Part shown: piece after piece, positions 12,438-23,500 of the stretch
Layout of the letters: each line of letters begins with the position of its first letter
Numbering within the stretch: position 1 is the stretch's first letter
Source of the DNA: Paragordius varius
Taxonomy: Eukaryota; Animalia; Nematomorpha
DNA length: 64,000 nt
Assembly: GCA_964247055.1 (NCBI GenBank)
Contig: OZ176050.1
Coordinates: 13,020,001 to 13,084,000, forward strand
Direction of reading: 5' to 3'
Notes under the pieces: model-generated
Seen by the model: the letters and a program-made list of their open reading frames with translations, nothing else
Told to the model about the DNA's origin: nothing
Databases searched by the model: none
Position numbers and translations under genes: made by a program

Positions 12438-15400
12438 ATTGCATCTATATTTGTTTACCCAAATAATATACCATTTACAGTTCAAATTCACCCTTGAACA
12501 ATTCAAATTTACCCTTGAACAATTCAAATTCACCCTAAAAATAAATTGTGTTTTCGAACTAATATAACTCATTAATATATAAAATATATCTTTATGGCAT
12601 AGTTTATTATTTTTTCAGTATTTTAATTAAAATATTAAAAATATAGGTTTTTAATCCAAAAAACATGTAATTCATTTGAGGGTAAATTTGAATTGTTCAA
12701 GGGTAAATTTAAATTGTAAATGAATTAGGTTTATAATATAAAGATTACTAGTAATTCTAGCCCTATAACAAGATTCTTATAAAAAGAGACATACAATCTA
12801 TTTTCTCTGTATTTATAAAGAATATGGGCGAAATTGTACAAATAGGATTCAAGATAAACAATTGCTGAAACGGTTTCTGGCAAAATATATAAAGTAAAAA
12901 ATAATTTGGAAATAGGAGTAAATATGATTATTTACTATTTTATCAGTAAAAATTCTAAAGCCAACAAAACTACAACTGCCAAAATAAAACCGTTATTTTA
13001 AGATTGATTCCGTTACAAAATATTCGGATCATGAAACTTTGTATTATAAAAATTTATAAAAATCTATCAATCTGATGTATTATATCATGATTATGCGTTT
13101 AAAAGCTTGTATTTACATACCAATAATAGAGACGACCAGCTTTGGACAATGCTATATCACTATACCATACCGCAACGATTGGATAACCCAGTGGGATTCT
13201 CTTATTCACATATGACGGAATTTCCGTATCGAATGATATGAATCCATTGGAGTTCACCTAAATTTAAGCAAAATGATACATGCAAATTTAGACAGATTAT
13301 TATTGATAAGGAATAGTTAAATTAACTTACTGCGAAATATACAGCTAAGGGCCCAGAGGCGTAGTTAAGGGGGTGAAAGGGGGACTTTTGCACCGGGCGC
13401 CATAGTTGAAGGGGCGCCGGATTTTAAAATTTTAATTTTATTTCAAAAAATAGATATTTTAAAGTTATTTAATTACAAAAAAATCACCCATTTATGAGTG
13501 GTCATGACCACGGTTTGAATTTGATGATTAACATTTTAAAATAGGGAGTCGCATAAAGGGGAACGGGGGCACCAGAAATGCAAGCTACGCCTCTGGTGGG
13601 TGAAATGCAAATATGAAAGGAAAAATTAGGAAACGAACCGCATTTTTGTCTTAAGTTCGAGTTCCGAAGAATATTTTTGACAAATTTTCGTTCCAGTCTT
13701 TTTGGCTAAATTATATTAATTTTGGGTATAATTTTTAAAAAAATTTATTACAGACAATCTATTAACGATGTTAGTGAAGAACCAAACATATAAGTATATA
13801 AATTGATTGTAAGAGTTACATTTCTCTTAATCTAAAAAATTAACTTTTTTAGCCTAATTTTAATGGAAAAATGTTAAAAAAAATAAGGTAAACTTTGTAT
13901 AATGTGACCAGATAGGCTGTGTTTCGCAGTATAGTACTGGATTTTCAGAAAAAAACTGTGACTGTACTGCGCCCACTTTTGTACTGCTTTTTGAAATTAA
14001 AAATTTTTTTTATAAATATATATATAAATTACCTTTGATATAGTACCCTTTGTAAAAATAACCCCATAATTTGTAAAGAAATGGTTCATTTTGCGGTAAA
14101 AACTAGATTGGCCTATTTTTAATTGGTTAATATTTTATTTTCTGATCAATTATACATAAAATTTCGAATCAGTCAAACCGCTTATGATTCAGCTTTTCGC
14201 GCAATGCGAAACTACTCGGACTCCACCGTAAGATTCGGGCTAATGGCTCTTTCACTCAAGGCATCGAGGTGCCCCAAAATTTTATATTAACAAAATTAAT
14301 TTATGATATTTATATAAATGTTTGATCAAGTTTAGAAAATTCATTTTTTGTTATAATTATCAAACGGAAAATTATATTGAAAATTGTTATTCCCGTAACA
14401 TATTATTTATTTATTATATATGGCATATGATTTCGAAATAACCTTTTTTCATAATAAAAAATTAGGAGTTTTTACGTTTTCTATACTCATTAGGTGGGAA
14501 GTATGATATTTCTTAATTATTTTTCTAACCTTTAATTTTTATTAGTTTTCTTATTTTTTTGCATAAAAAAATTTGAGATGTTTTGTTGAAGCGTACTTTA
14601 AATTATATTGAAACATGATTTTGAGATATAATATTCTAAATAATTCGATGATGCGGAACATTAATATAGGATCGAGAATTTTAATTTGAAGGTTTGTTTG
14701 CTTGAAAATTTTGGTGAATTTTCGTAAAAAACACAATTTTATTTAACATATTGAAAGCGAACAAATATTTTCATCAAAATTCTCAGTGAGAAAAATATTT
14801 AGCCATATATTGAAATATATATATAAAGTGTTTTAATAACATCCCAATTGTTTATATCCTTTCATCGTGCTCAAAATAGTATGAAGTATGCTTCAACACA
14901 ATTTTGCTAAAAATTAAATTTTTGAAATTATGCATTTTTTAAATAATAATTTAGTTGTTATCATAATTTGGCATATATTTAAAATTATTGCACAATGTCG
15001 GAATCTTGCGTTTATTTTAGGAGAACAGTCCATTTTAAAAGAGCCCAAAAATTTGGGACTTTCAGAGTCCACATCTAATTTAAAATTTTTAAAAATGTTT
15101 TGCTTTTTATAGGTAGTTTATGATATATTTTAGCGATATTCTTTGAAAAGCATTTAGCATTCACCAAAAAATATATTCGAGAAAATTGCGCACCTTTTGC
15201 AATTTTATACGCAGCACTTAACACAAAAGTGTGAATAATTTTCTTTGATAACTCGTAAAGGTTAGCAAAAGCACCATAATAATCCTGATATCTTATAAGA
15301 ATATGTATATATTTCATCAGGATATTTTTTTGTGGAAACTGTGTAATATACCCCACCGGTGGTCTAAAAACAGGCAAAGTATGTTTTAATTTTGTACTGA

Positions 15401-16010
15401 GTCAAAGTTTAAAATATCTTGTCACATTAACTTTGTATTTTTATTAATTTTTAAAACGTCCAAAAAATCTAATCTATCCCGATTCTTAACATTTTCAGTT
15501 TCAATCCCAAGAATAACACATAGATGCCCCTTGAATTAATAATAATAATAAAATTTTGTTAAAAAAAATACCTACATATAAATTTGTGAACTCCCGATCA
15601 TACAAATGGATTGGGGGATTTAATTCAATTTCATTCGAGCTTATTTCATCGATAGAGGGTAATGTGACACAATTGCGACTTTCATAGGGTAACATATAAC
15701 TGCGTGAAACAGCATAGACCCCCATTTGTCCACCAAAAGTGATTACAGTTAGCCATGAAATGAAAAGAATATGTAACAACTGTGGAATAAAAATAAAATC
15801 TGAGGCCCTTAGTTTTTTTGCCCTTGCACGAGGTTTAATAAAAGTATTGTCATATAGCAAATTATTTGAATGGTTGGTGTAGCCTTTAGATAGAATGTCG
15901 CCGTTGTAAAAATATGAAGAAAAATAACCCTGTAATGTAGAAAACAATGAGGATTGATGAATATTTTCAGTAGTGATTGCACTGTTTTTAGATTTTTTTA
16001 GTACTGTCAT
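1606..16010 (-). CDS. NID: Nidogen/entactin: NIDO - EGF - G2F - 6 EGF - G3 YWTD propeller - EGF
   Basis: Phase-compatible exons: 16010-15576, 13257-13121, 12388-12211, 11679-11545, 11059-10980, 10907-10822, 10366-10211, 9841-9605, 8978-8778, 8325-8185, 8065-7964, 7700-7584, 7386-7231, 7106-6954, 5392-5180, 4875-4564, 4501-4318, 3982-3918 (tentative), 3851-3660, 3288-3117, 2860-2703, 2217-2091, 1994-1876, 1724-1606. Motifs: VNSNGFISF, GNTFQLILAS..FAIFIYPENGL, SNVGIPGVWIYKIG (NIDO); PLRINGLL, LSVARNFAVYDQREQVLRF (G2F); DINEC Ca-binding EGF; IYWTD, LFWTD, LYWTDW, FYWTDW (G3). No thyroglobulin repeat seen. Start codon uncertain. Confidence 0.93.
5618..5691 (-). mobile_element. Helitron-like 3' terminus (hairpins plus CTAG) next to a G-tract
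   Basis: The minus strand reads hairpin GAAGTCC-gaa-GGACTTC, then hairpin CTCG-g-GCTGC-gta-GCAGC-a-CGAG, then ATTTACG-CTAG. The adjacent 5700-6260 region is GC-richer non-coding DNA. 5' end not identified. Confidence 0.4.
8344..8474. mobile_element. MITE family B, short copy
   Basis: TA-CAGTAAGAT...ATATTACTG-TA termini; internal AATGATTATCAC.. motif shared with 10528-10757. Confidence 0.65.
9393..9570 (+). mobile_element. tRNA-derived SINE-like element or tRNA pseudogene
   Basis: Pol III A-box-like TGGTATAGTAGG (about 9398) and B-box GTTCGAACC (9442-9450) at tRNA-like spacing, followed by a short body and an A-rich tail. The cloverleaf is degenerate. Confidence 0.5.
9882..10172. mobile_element. 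MITE family A copy
   Basis: TIRs related to CAGTAAAAATTGAAATTATACGGACAAAACG..AAAGACAACCATAC; TA flanks. Confidence 0.8.
10528..10757. mobile_element. MITE family B copy
   Basis: TA-CAGTAAGAT...ATCTTACTG-TA; about 65-bp inverted arms. Confidence 0.7.
11133..11430. mobile_element. MITE family A copy
   Basis: TACAGTAAAAATTGAAATTATACGGACAAAACG ... GATTTCCGTTTTTACTGTA. Confidence 0.85.
11738..12125. mobile_element. Foldback MITE (CAGTGG termini)
   Basis: About 150-bp inverted arms: CAGTGGATTAAATAAAAAGAATATTT...GGGCCATG..GCATTACCAT / ATGGTAATGC..CATGGCCC...AAATATTCTTTTATTTAATCCACTG. Confidence 0.75.
12474..12720. repeat. Foldback element whose arms are tandem 21-bp subrepeats
   Basis: Left arm has about 3 copies of (C)AATTCAAATT(C/T)ACCCTTGAA; right arm has about 2 reverse-complement copies. 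Confidence 0.65.
13353..13596. mobile_element. hAT-like MITE in nidogen intron 1
   Basis: TIR CCAGAGGCGTAG / CTACGCCTCTGG with GC-rich subterminal GGGGCGCC motifs. No clear TSD. Confidence 0.6.
14200..15300. mobile_element. Degenerate ~1-kb element (family D), related to copies at about 41540-43300
   Basis: 15116-15170 (GTTTATGATATATTTTAGCGATATTCTTTGAAAAGCATTTAGC) is a diverged reverse complement of about 41590-41650. Internal inverted pair TTTTGTTGAAGCGTACT / AGTATGCTTCAACACAA. Boundaries approximate. Confidence 0.45.
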
Positions 16011-17573
16011 AACTATTCTTTAAAGATTTTTGGATAATCACAGTAGTATATGTATGAATTTCGATTTCTAATGTTAAATAAATTGAAAAAAAGTATATAG
16101 GGGGGCCGATAAGTTAAAATTAGATATTTGAGTTAAAATAAAAAATTTTATTGTTTACAAGTATACTTTAACTACCATTTGGTAAGCTGATGAAAAAGTT
16201 ATCAATACAAAAACCATAAAAACAGGGAGAAAGGGTTTCACTTTTTTATATACTTTATAATATTAAAATATAAAAAATGCTTAATATATAAATTCCCTTT
16301 TATAAACTCACAGAATTGATCAAACTTTCAATTGCTTCTTCCACACATAATGTAAAACCATGAGTGCGCATGTGTTAATTATATTATTACTATACTTTTT
16401 TTAGCATATTATGCCAATTGAAGTTATCATATTTTAGTATATATCATCATTCATTATATACAGTAGTTTATGATATTTTTAAGGATTCTCATTAAACATA
16501 ATTTTAAACGTAGATAAAAATTTTTTACCTATCAGTTTTTAGATTAATTAACTACACATACTAAAATTAACCTTGCATTCATTCCTTTCAAAAGTATGAA
16601 AATGTGTTAAAAAATTTCAAGGATAAAAATTGGAATCAACCTCATGTAATCTTGGAAAAATTTGTATTTTAACAAAAATCCCAAAAAATATATAATCTTT
16701 AATTAACTTGATGAGCATTAAAGTTTAAAATACCCTAAGGTTTTTTCCTTAAAAAACTATTTTGTTCTGATATAAAAGAAAATTTAAGAAATAGTTGGGT
16801 GAAATAATATTTTATTCACAGGTTTCAGCACCTTTTTTACCATGCTGCACTTATCATCAATTTTTTCTTACAACCCCCTAATAATCTACGTCTGTACTTA
16901 TCTTAAGGGTCTGCAGAACGGTTTCTGATTGATAAAGCTATGTAAGTAACCAATTAAAATTAATTTAAATTTTAATCGTGAAAATAATTTTGATAGAAAT
17001 GATTAAATAAGTAAGTTTAAATGAGAGTTTGATGGTTGAGGATATAGAGAAAGTAAGAATATTTCACTGCTTTCCTTGATCTAATCTATGTTCCCCAGTT
17101 TGACAATCTCTGGCTGAATCTTTTAGTCAGGAAGTTTTTGCGAAACTAATTTGGTCATGGGTTTTTGGCGTTAATTTTTTATATATATTTATATATCCAA
17201 TTTACAGATAAACTAATTTATTCAACTATTGGTGTAGATAGTATTTAAATTATATTAACAAAAGTTTCCGTAGATTTTCGCATAAAAAAGCTTTCAGAAT
17301 GTTAGTTGAGTAAGGGTAACAATCTGTAATATTTTTTAGGTTTTTAAAGATGTCAAATTTTTCGTAAAATGGTCGGTATATTTATCTTATAAGTTATATA
17401 TATCATCAAAGATTTTTTTAATTTATGTCATTTTTCCACAATCGAAATCATTATAGGGGTAGGAAAGGGGACATATATTAAAGCATTTTAGAAAGGTTCT
17501 AAATAAATTAATTTTATGCTGTATTTTTTAAAAAAAAACCTAATTTTAATATAATATATTAATATCTTTTTTA

Positions 17574-20500
17574 ATGGGTACATCAAAACGCAAAAGTAAC
17601 GGAGGCCGAAAATCATCATTGGCTTATCATAAAGTATCCCATTTATATGACACTCGCGACACTTCAGGTATATTACGAAAATTTGATTTTTAAATTTTAT
17701 TTTTTTTTTATAAAAAATATTTTGAAATTAATTAATAAATATTTTTGGAATACATGGCTCAACAGGGGTTCCTGATATGGTTTTACTGGAAAATTATCAG
17801 TCCGAGGATGCTTTTATCGCTAATTTGAAGATTCGTTACGACAATGATATTATTTACGTAACTAACAATTTTTATTTAACTCTGAAAGCGTTAAATATAT
17901 AAAATTAAATAATTTTTTCCAAAAAAAAGTTAAATTTACATATGTATTATAAATACAGTTAAAATTAAATTTATACGGACAAAACGAAAAAATATAAAGA
18001 CAAATATTTTTTTTAAAAGACAACCCCAAACTTTTTGAATCTAAATTTTTATAATGATAACTCATTGTTTTAAACTATAAAGTAGGAAATCAAGTTGTAA
18101 ATTGAGAACACAAGCAATTTATGTAGGATACGATTGAAATTAAATTATTTTAATATAAATTAAGATTTAAAAAAGTAGAGTTGTCTTTTAGATAAAAATA
18201 TTTGTCTTTATATTTTTACTTTTTGTCCGTATAATTTCATTTTTTATATTTTTATTTTGACATATTCATAGACGTACATTGGTTCTGTCCTTATAGCTAT
18301 AAATCCGTACAAAAATATTCCTATTTACTCGCCCGAATTTATAAATAAATATCGTGGGGTCAATTTGTTTGAGATGCCGCCTCATATGTAAACATTTTAT
18401 TTTTATTACTTTATTTTACATTACTTAAAACTATTATTATTAATCCGATTTCTATTTTAATGCGAGATAATTAAATTTTAAATAAAATAAAGGTTTAACA
18501 TACCCAATATCTTATAGTTGAACCTTATTCGAAATAAGGTTAAAAGGTTTTTATACATTTTTAAAGTTATGGAATATCTTTAATTTTAACAAGTTTTTTA
18601 ACTTAGTAAATATTTTAAATTAGCGACATTACGATATAGGGACTTTACTTATGGTTAAAAAGTCTAATAGATAAAAACATAAATATAAAATGTCAGCAAG
18701 TATAGATTTTTTGTCCTTGCTTAATAAATCCCATAAAAAGCATAAACCCGCTTTCAATCTTCCATCCTTTTCAATAATATAACTGTTAATTGTACGATCT
18801 ACCTTTTTAAATATCAAAAATGGAAAAGTTACATATCCTTAATTTTTATTTAAAATTTTTTTTCATAATTCAAATAGATTTGCGCTATCTGACGTGGCCT
18901 ACCGTGCCATGATGGCCAATCAATCGAATCAAAGCGTTTTAATTTCAGGTGAAAGTGGAGCTGGAAAAACCGAATCTATGAAAAGAATAATTTTATATAT
19001 TGCCGCCGCTTCTCATCACACACCTGAAGTTGAACGCATAAGAGAAAAACTTCAAATATCGGTACCTGTCCTTGAAGCCCTGGGTAATGCTAAAACCAAC
19101 AGGAATGATAATTCGAGCAGATTTGGGAAATATATGGATATCCAGTTTAATTATATGGTGAGTGTTTTTAGGCTATTTGTGAACTTTTGGGTTATAAAAT
19201 TATGCGATTTGAGAAAATTGAATATATATTTATGCAGACAAAACGTAAAAACACAAATATAAATATTTGTTTCCCAAAGACTATACTTTTTTAACCTTGA
19301 TTATTCCTATAAAGTTTATTTAATTATAATTGTAAAGTATATACTACTTTTCAATTTAAAACTATAAGTTTACTTAAAAAAATTAAGCTTAAAAAGGAAC
19401 AGCAGTCATTGGAAAATATTTGCCTTTATGTTTCCAAGTTTTGTCTGTCAAATTTCAATTTTCACTGTATATATATAGGGTTCCATTGTCGGTGCCAAAG
19501 TTACCAGTTATTTGTTGGAAAAATCGCGTGTCGTAAACCAGAATAAAGGTGAACGAAATTTCCACATATTTTATCAAATATTCAAGGATCCAGCCATAAC
19601 TGAAGCCCTCTTACTGGATTCGGAACCCGGAAATTACCATTATATTATGCAGGTATTACAGTGATATCTTAAAACATTACGCGTTTCAACTAATTACTAA
19701 ATAGGTATGTTTGAGTTCAAAATAAAAGTATATTTAAATTATATCTCAAATTTTATGGTATGGCCACCGATTAGTTTGCTAATAAATCAACAATTTTTAT
19801 TGGTTTAAACCGTATATTGGACCTTATTTTTTTGCTTTTATGGTGTTTTAGAGGGAAACAATAACGGTAGCCAGTTTAGACGATGCCAAAGACCTTAAAG
19901 TTATCCGGGAAGGTTTTCGTTCTTGTGTATTAACTATTGACGAAGAAAACGTAAAGATTATTAAATTTATTTACCGTTAAAATTGATATTATACAGTCAA
20001 AAAGTAAAAACATATAGTCAAATATTTTTTTTAAAAGACAACCATTCTTTCTAGCCTTTCTTATATTGAAATTTAATTGAATCTAATAGTAGTTCTATGT
20101 TATAGTTAGTAAAAATCAATGAGTTATATTTAAAATATTATAAAAAATATTTGTCCTTACGATTTGTCAATTTTATTATTTAGAAAAATATATAACCACA
20201 CTAAATATGTTTTAGGCACTGTTTAGCGTTATAGGGGCCATTTTACATTTGGGTCAGATAGATTTTGCCGAAAAAAGTGGAAAACTTGAGATGACTAAAA
20301 CTGAACACCTGGAGTACGCTTGTAAGGTATCAATATATAAAATAGACCAAAAGTTTGTTGTGTATGAAATACAATATATTTTAGAATTCTCAAAAAAAAT
20401 TAACCTTTAATATTTATTTTTTAGCTGCTAAATTGCCCTCAAGCTAAAATGTTAAATGCCATGCTTCATCGAAAAATTACCAGTGGAAGGGAAATGGTAA

Positions 20501-23500
20501 GTTTTACCTCTTCGCTTTTAATGCACAATTAATGGAAAAATTCATAAAACGCAAACTATTAAAAAAGATTTAAACGAAAAAATTGGCAAAAAGATTAGAA
20601 TATTTAACCAAATAAAAAATAAAAACCAATTAAAAATAATCTAATGAAACAAGCTCTAGTATAACACAGATTTCTAACTGTTTTTATTGGAATTAGAGCC
20701 AAAACCACAAACCCTTTTTTCAGAATCCTTTCGGAACAAAAAAATTCAAAAACGATTGGAGCACGGTTTTGAATTATTTGGAATTACGCATATTTAATAT
20801 TTTTAATATTTAACACAATGTTAACCTTATATATAAAGCATGAAAATTTTGGGGTTTTTACCTTTATGTGTTGTGTTAACTGTCTCAACCAAAAATTAAA
20901 ATAACGGTTTAAAAATGTGAAACAAAAATCAAAACCATCTAATCAAAAACAATGGAACTGGTAAATAATCTGTTTTGGTTAGAGCCCAAACAATTTTCCA
21001 GGCCTTCCAAAATTTCTGCGGAATGTTGCTTCCAGTTTTTGGAAAAAAATTTAATTACACAAATTTTACATTTGACCAATAAGCGCTCAAGCATTTGTGA
21101 CTTCTGGTGCAGTTTTTATTTAAGTTAATAAATATATATATGTTTATATGTTAAAATCTCAAATTGGCGTCACTTGATAGCGTTTCTTGCATATTACCAA
21201 CCTATATAACCGAAAACCCATTTATTGTTATTGAAATAAATATTTAGACAATTGCGAATCTGACAAAATCGGAAGCATATTATGCTCGTGATGCCTTGGC
21301 CAAAACCATTTATGAAAGATGTTTTCTTTGGTTAGTTGAACGCCTCAATGCAAGTCAAGCATGTCAAGTATAATAATTTTTGGCAATATACAGGTATTAA
21401 ATATAATTTATATTTAAATATAAGTAATTAAGCCAAAAAACCGATATGGTTAGCTAACGACAAAATTATATTAATTACAGTAAAATATTATATTATACGG
21501 ACAAAAGGTAAAAATAGAAGACAAATATTTTTTTTCAAAAAAAGTTGTTTAAACTGATTGTTTAAATGAAAAAGTATGTAGATATGTACAGTAACTGAAA
21601 TTATACGGATAAAACATAAAAAGATAAAGTCAAATATTTTTTTCTAAAAGACAACCATACTGTTTAAGATTTATATCAATATAACTCATTGTTTAAAATG
21701 GAAAAGTGTGAAATAGAGATACATAATACTAACACATCAATTCCATATTTTAAAATTGTAACTAAATAGCTTATATGAAAAAAATTAAGATATTAAAAAT
21801 ATGGTTGTCTTTTTGGCTTTATATTTTTACGATTTGTCCGTATGATTTCAATTTTTACTGTATATTGGTATCAGCTTTTTTACAATTTCAATTTAATAAG
21901 TTGTATAGAAAAAAATTAAGGTTTAAAAGAGTATGGTTGTCTTTTAAAAAATATTTGTCTATATATTAGGATTTATCTGTAAAATTTCATTTTACACTGT
22001 ATATATATGGTTTATAGATTGAAGGCGGATATAAATGTAGATTGGGACTGCTTGACATCTTTGGATTTGAAATATTTACCCTTAATAGGTAACATTAAAT
22101 GTTTCCTACCTAATAAATCACAACCAAAATAATAAATTGCTATTAATTTCAGTTTTGAACAATTATGCATTAATTTTTGCAATGAAAAACTCCATCAATT
22201 ATTTATTGAGAAAACGCTGAAGGAAGAACAGGAAGATTATATGAGGGAAGGAATCGAAGTAAGAAGTTTTAAGTTCATTTACACAAATAGTATTTATTGT
22301 TTTATGTGGCTACATTTTTTTAACCGTTTTATGTTTAAAATTTGATTGATATTACATAAGCGTCTTATCAATCAATATTTTACCACATATTATTTAAATT
22401 GTGAACGCTTTAGCCTTGAAAAAAAACTTGGAATATCCATTAAATTAAATCATTTTCAATCCATTTGCAGATATTTATAATGTCAGAATGTATTAATTTT
22501 GTTTCATTCCAGTAATAATCATCGTTAATCATTTATTTAGTGGATCCCGATCGAATATACCGACAACACTCCAATCTGTTTACTGCTACAGGGATCACCT
22601 AATGGAATTTTATCCTTATTAGTATATACACATATTATAATAAAATTTTGATTTAACTTAAAGCATTTAAGTAATTTTTAATAATGTCCATAATATTAGG
22701 ATGAAGAATGCTTAATGCCTGGAAATCGAACTGATCTCACTTTACATGCCAGGTTTCAAGATAAACTTAAGGAGAATAAGGCTTTTGCGACGCGAACCGC
22801 AGGTGGTTTAGATAAGGAGGCTCGTAAAAATTTGAAACCTGATGTAAGCAAAAATTGAAATACTACGCTTTTTCAATGTTTTATTGCTTACTAATTTATA
22901 ATTAGAAAGTTGGGTTTTTAATCCGTCTGAAAAATAACTGGGGTTAGAGGTTCATGAAGACAATCAAGGGTTATAAACCGTCAATAAGAATCACTAAGCG
23001 TATGCATGTTGCAATTAATAAATTAAAACTAATTTAACCCTTAAATATGTTTCAATAACGTATTTAATATCTTTTAACAATAATTTAATAATTTTTCTAC
23101 TTTTTACTATTCGTAATTTTAAAATCAGGTATTTATCCATTAAATATTTCAGTTATCTATAAAACTCATGTTTTATTTTATTGACTGGTCAGTAAGCAAT
23201 CAGAACGTCATGAATGCGTTTGCAAATGCATCTGGCCTAATCTAACCATACACATATTTATTGGACTTATTTACGGAAACTTTTTTGTAGAATTGTCCAA
23301 TTTTTACCTCACTGTCATCTTAAATATTTAACATTTTGTAAAAAAATTTATACCTTAAATGAAAATTTCTTAATTTATTTATAAATTTATTTAGGAATTC
23401 AAAATAAAGCATTATGCTGGAGAAGTGGTTTACAGTGTCGTTGGTAATTTTTATGTATATTTTGTATATTTATTAAATATATATTTAATGGATCTTTGTT

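Noticed and set aside
13596-13645. Apparent signal-peptide-like MRFV../FLIFPFIFAF on the minus strand as a nidogen first exon
   Set aside because: The ATG frame stops after 5 codons, and the NIDO N-terminus is already supplied by exon 16010-15576, which splices in phase to 13257.
21775-21969. Short ORFs within MITEs or (TA)n tracts (also 17862-18065, 12345-12572, 40195-40452)
   Set aside because: Low-complexity F/I/K/Y-rich translations of repeats with no coding signal.
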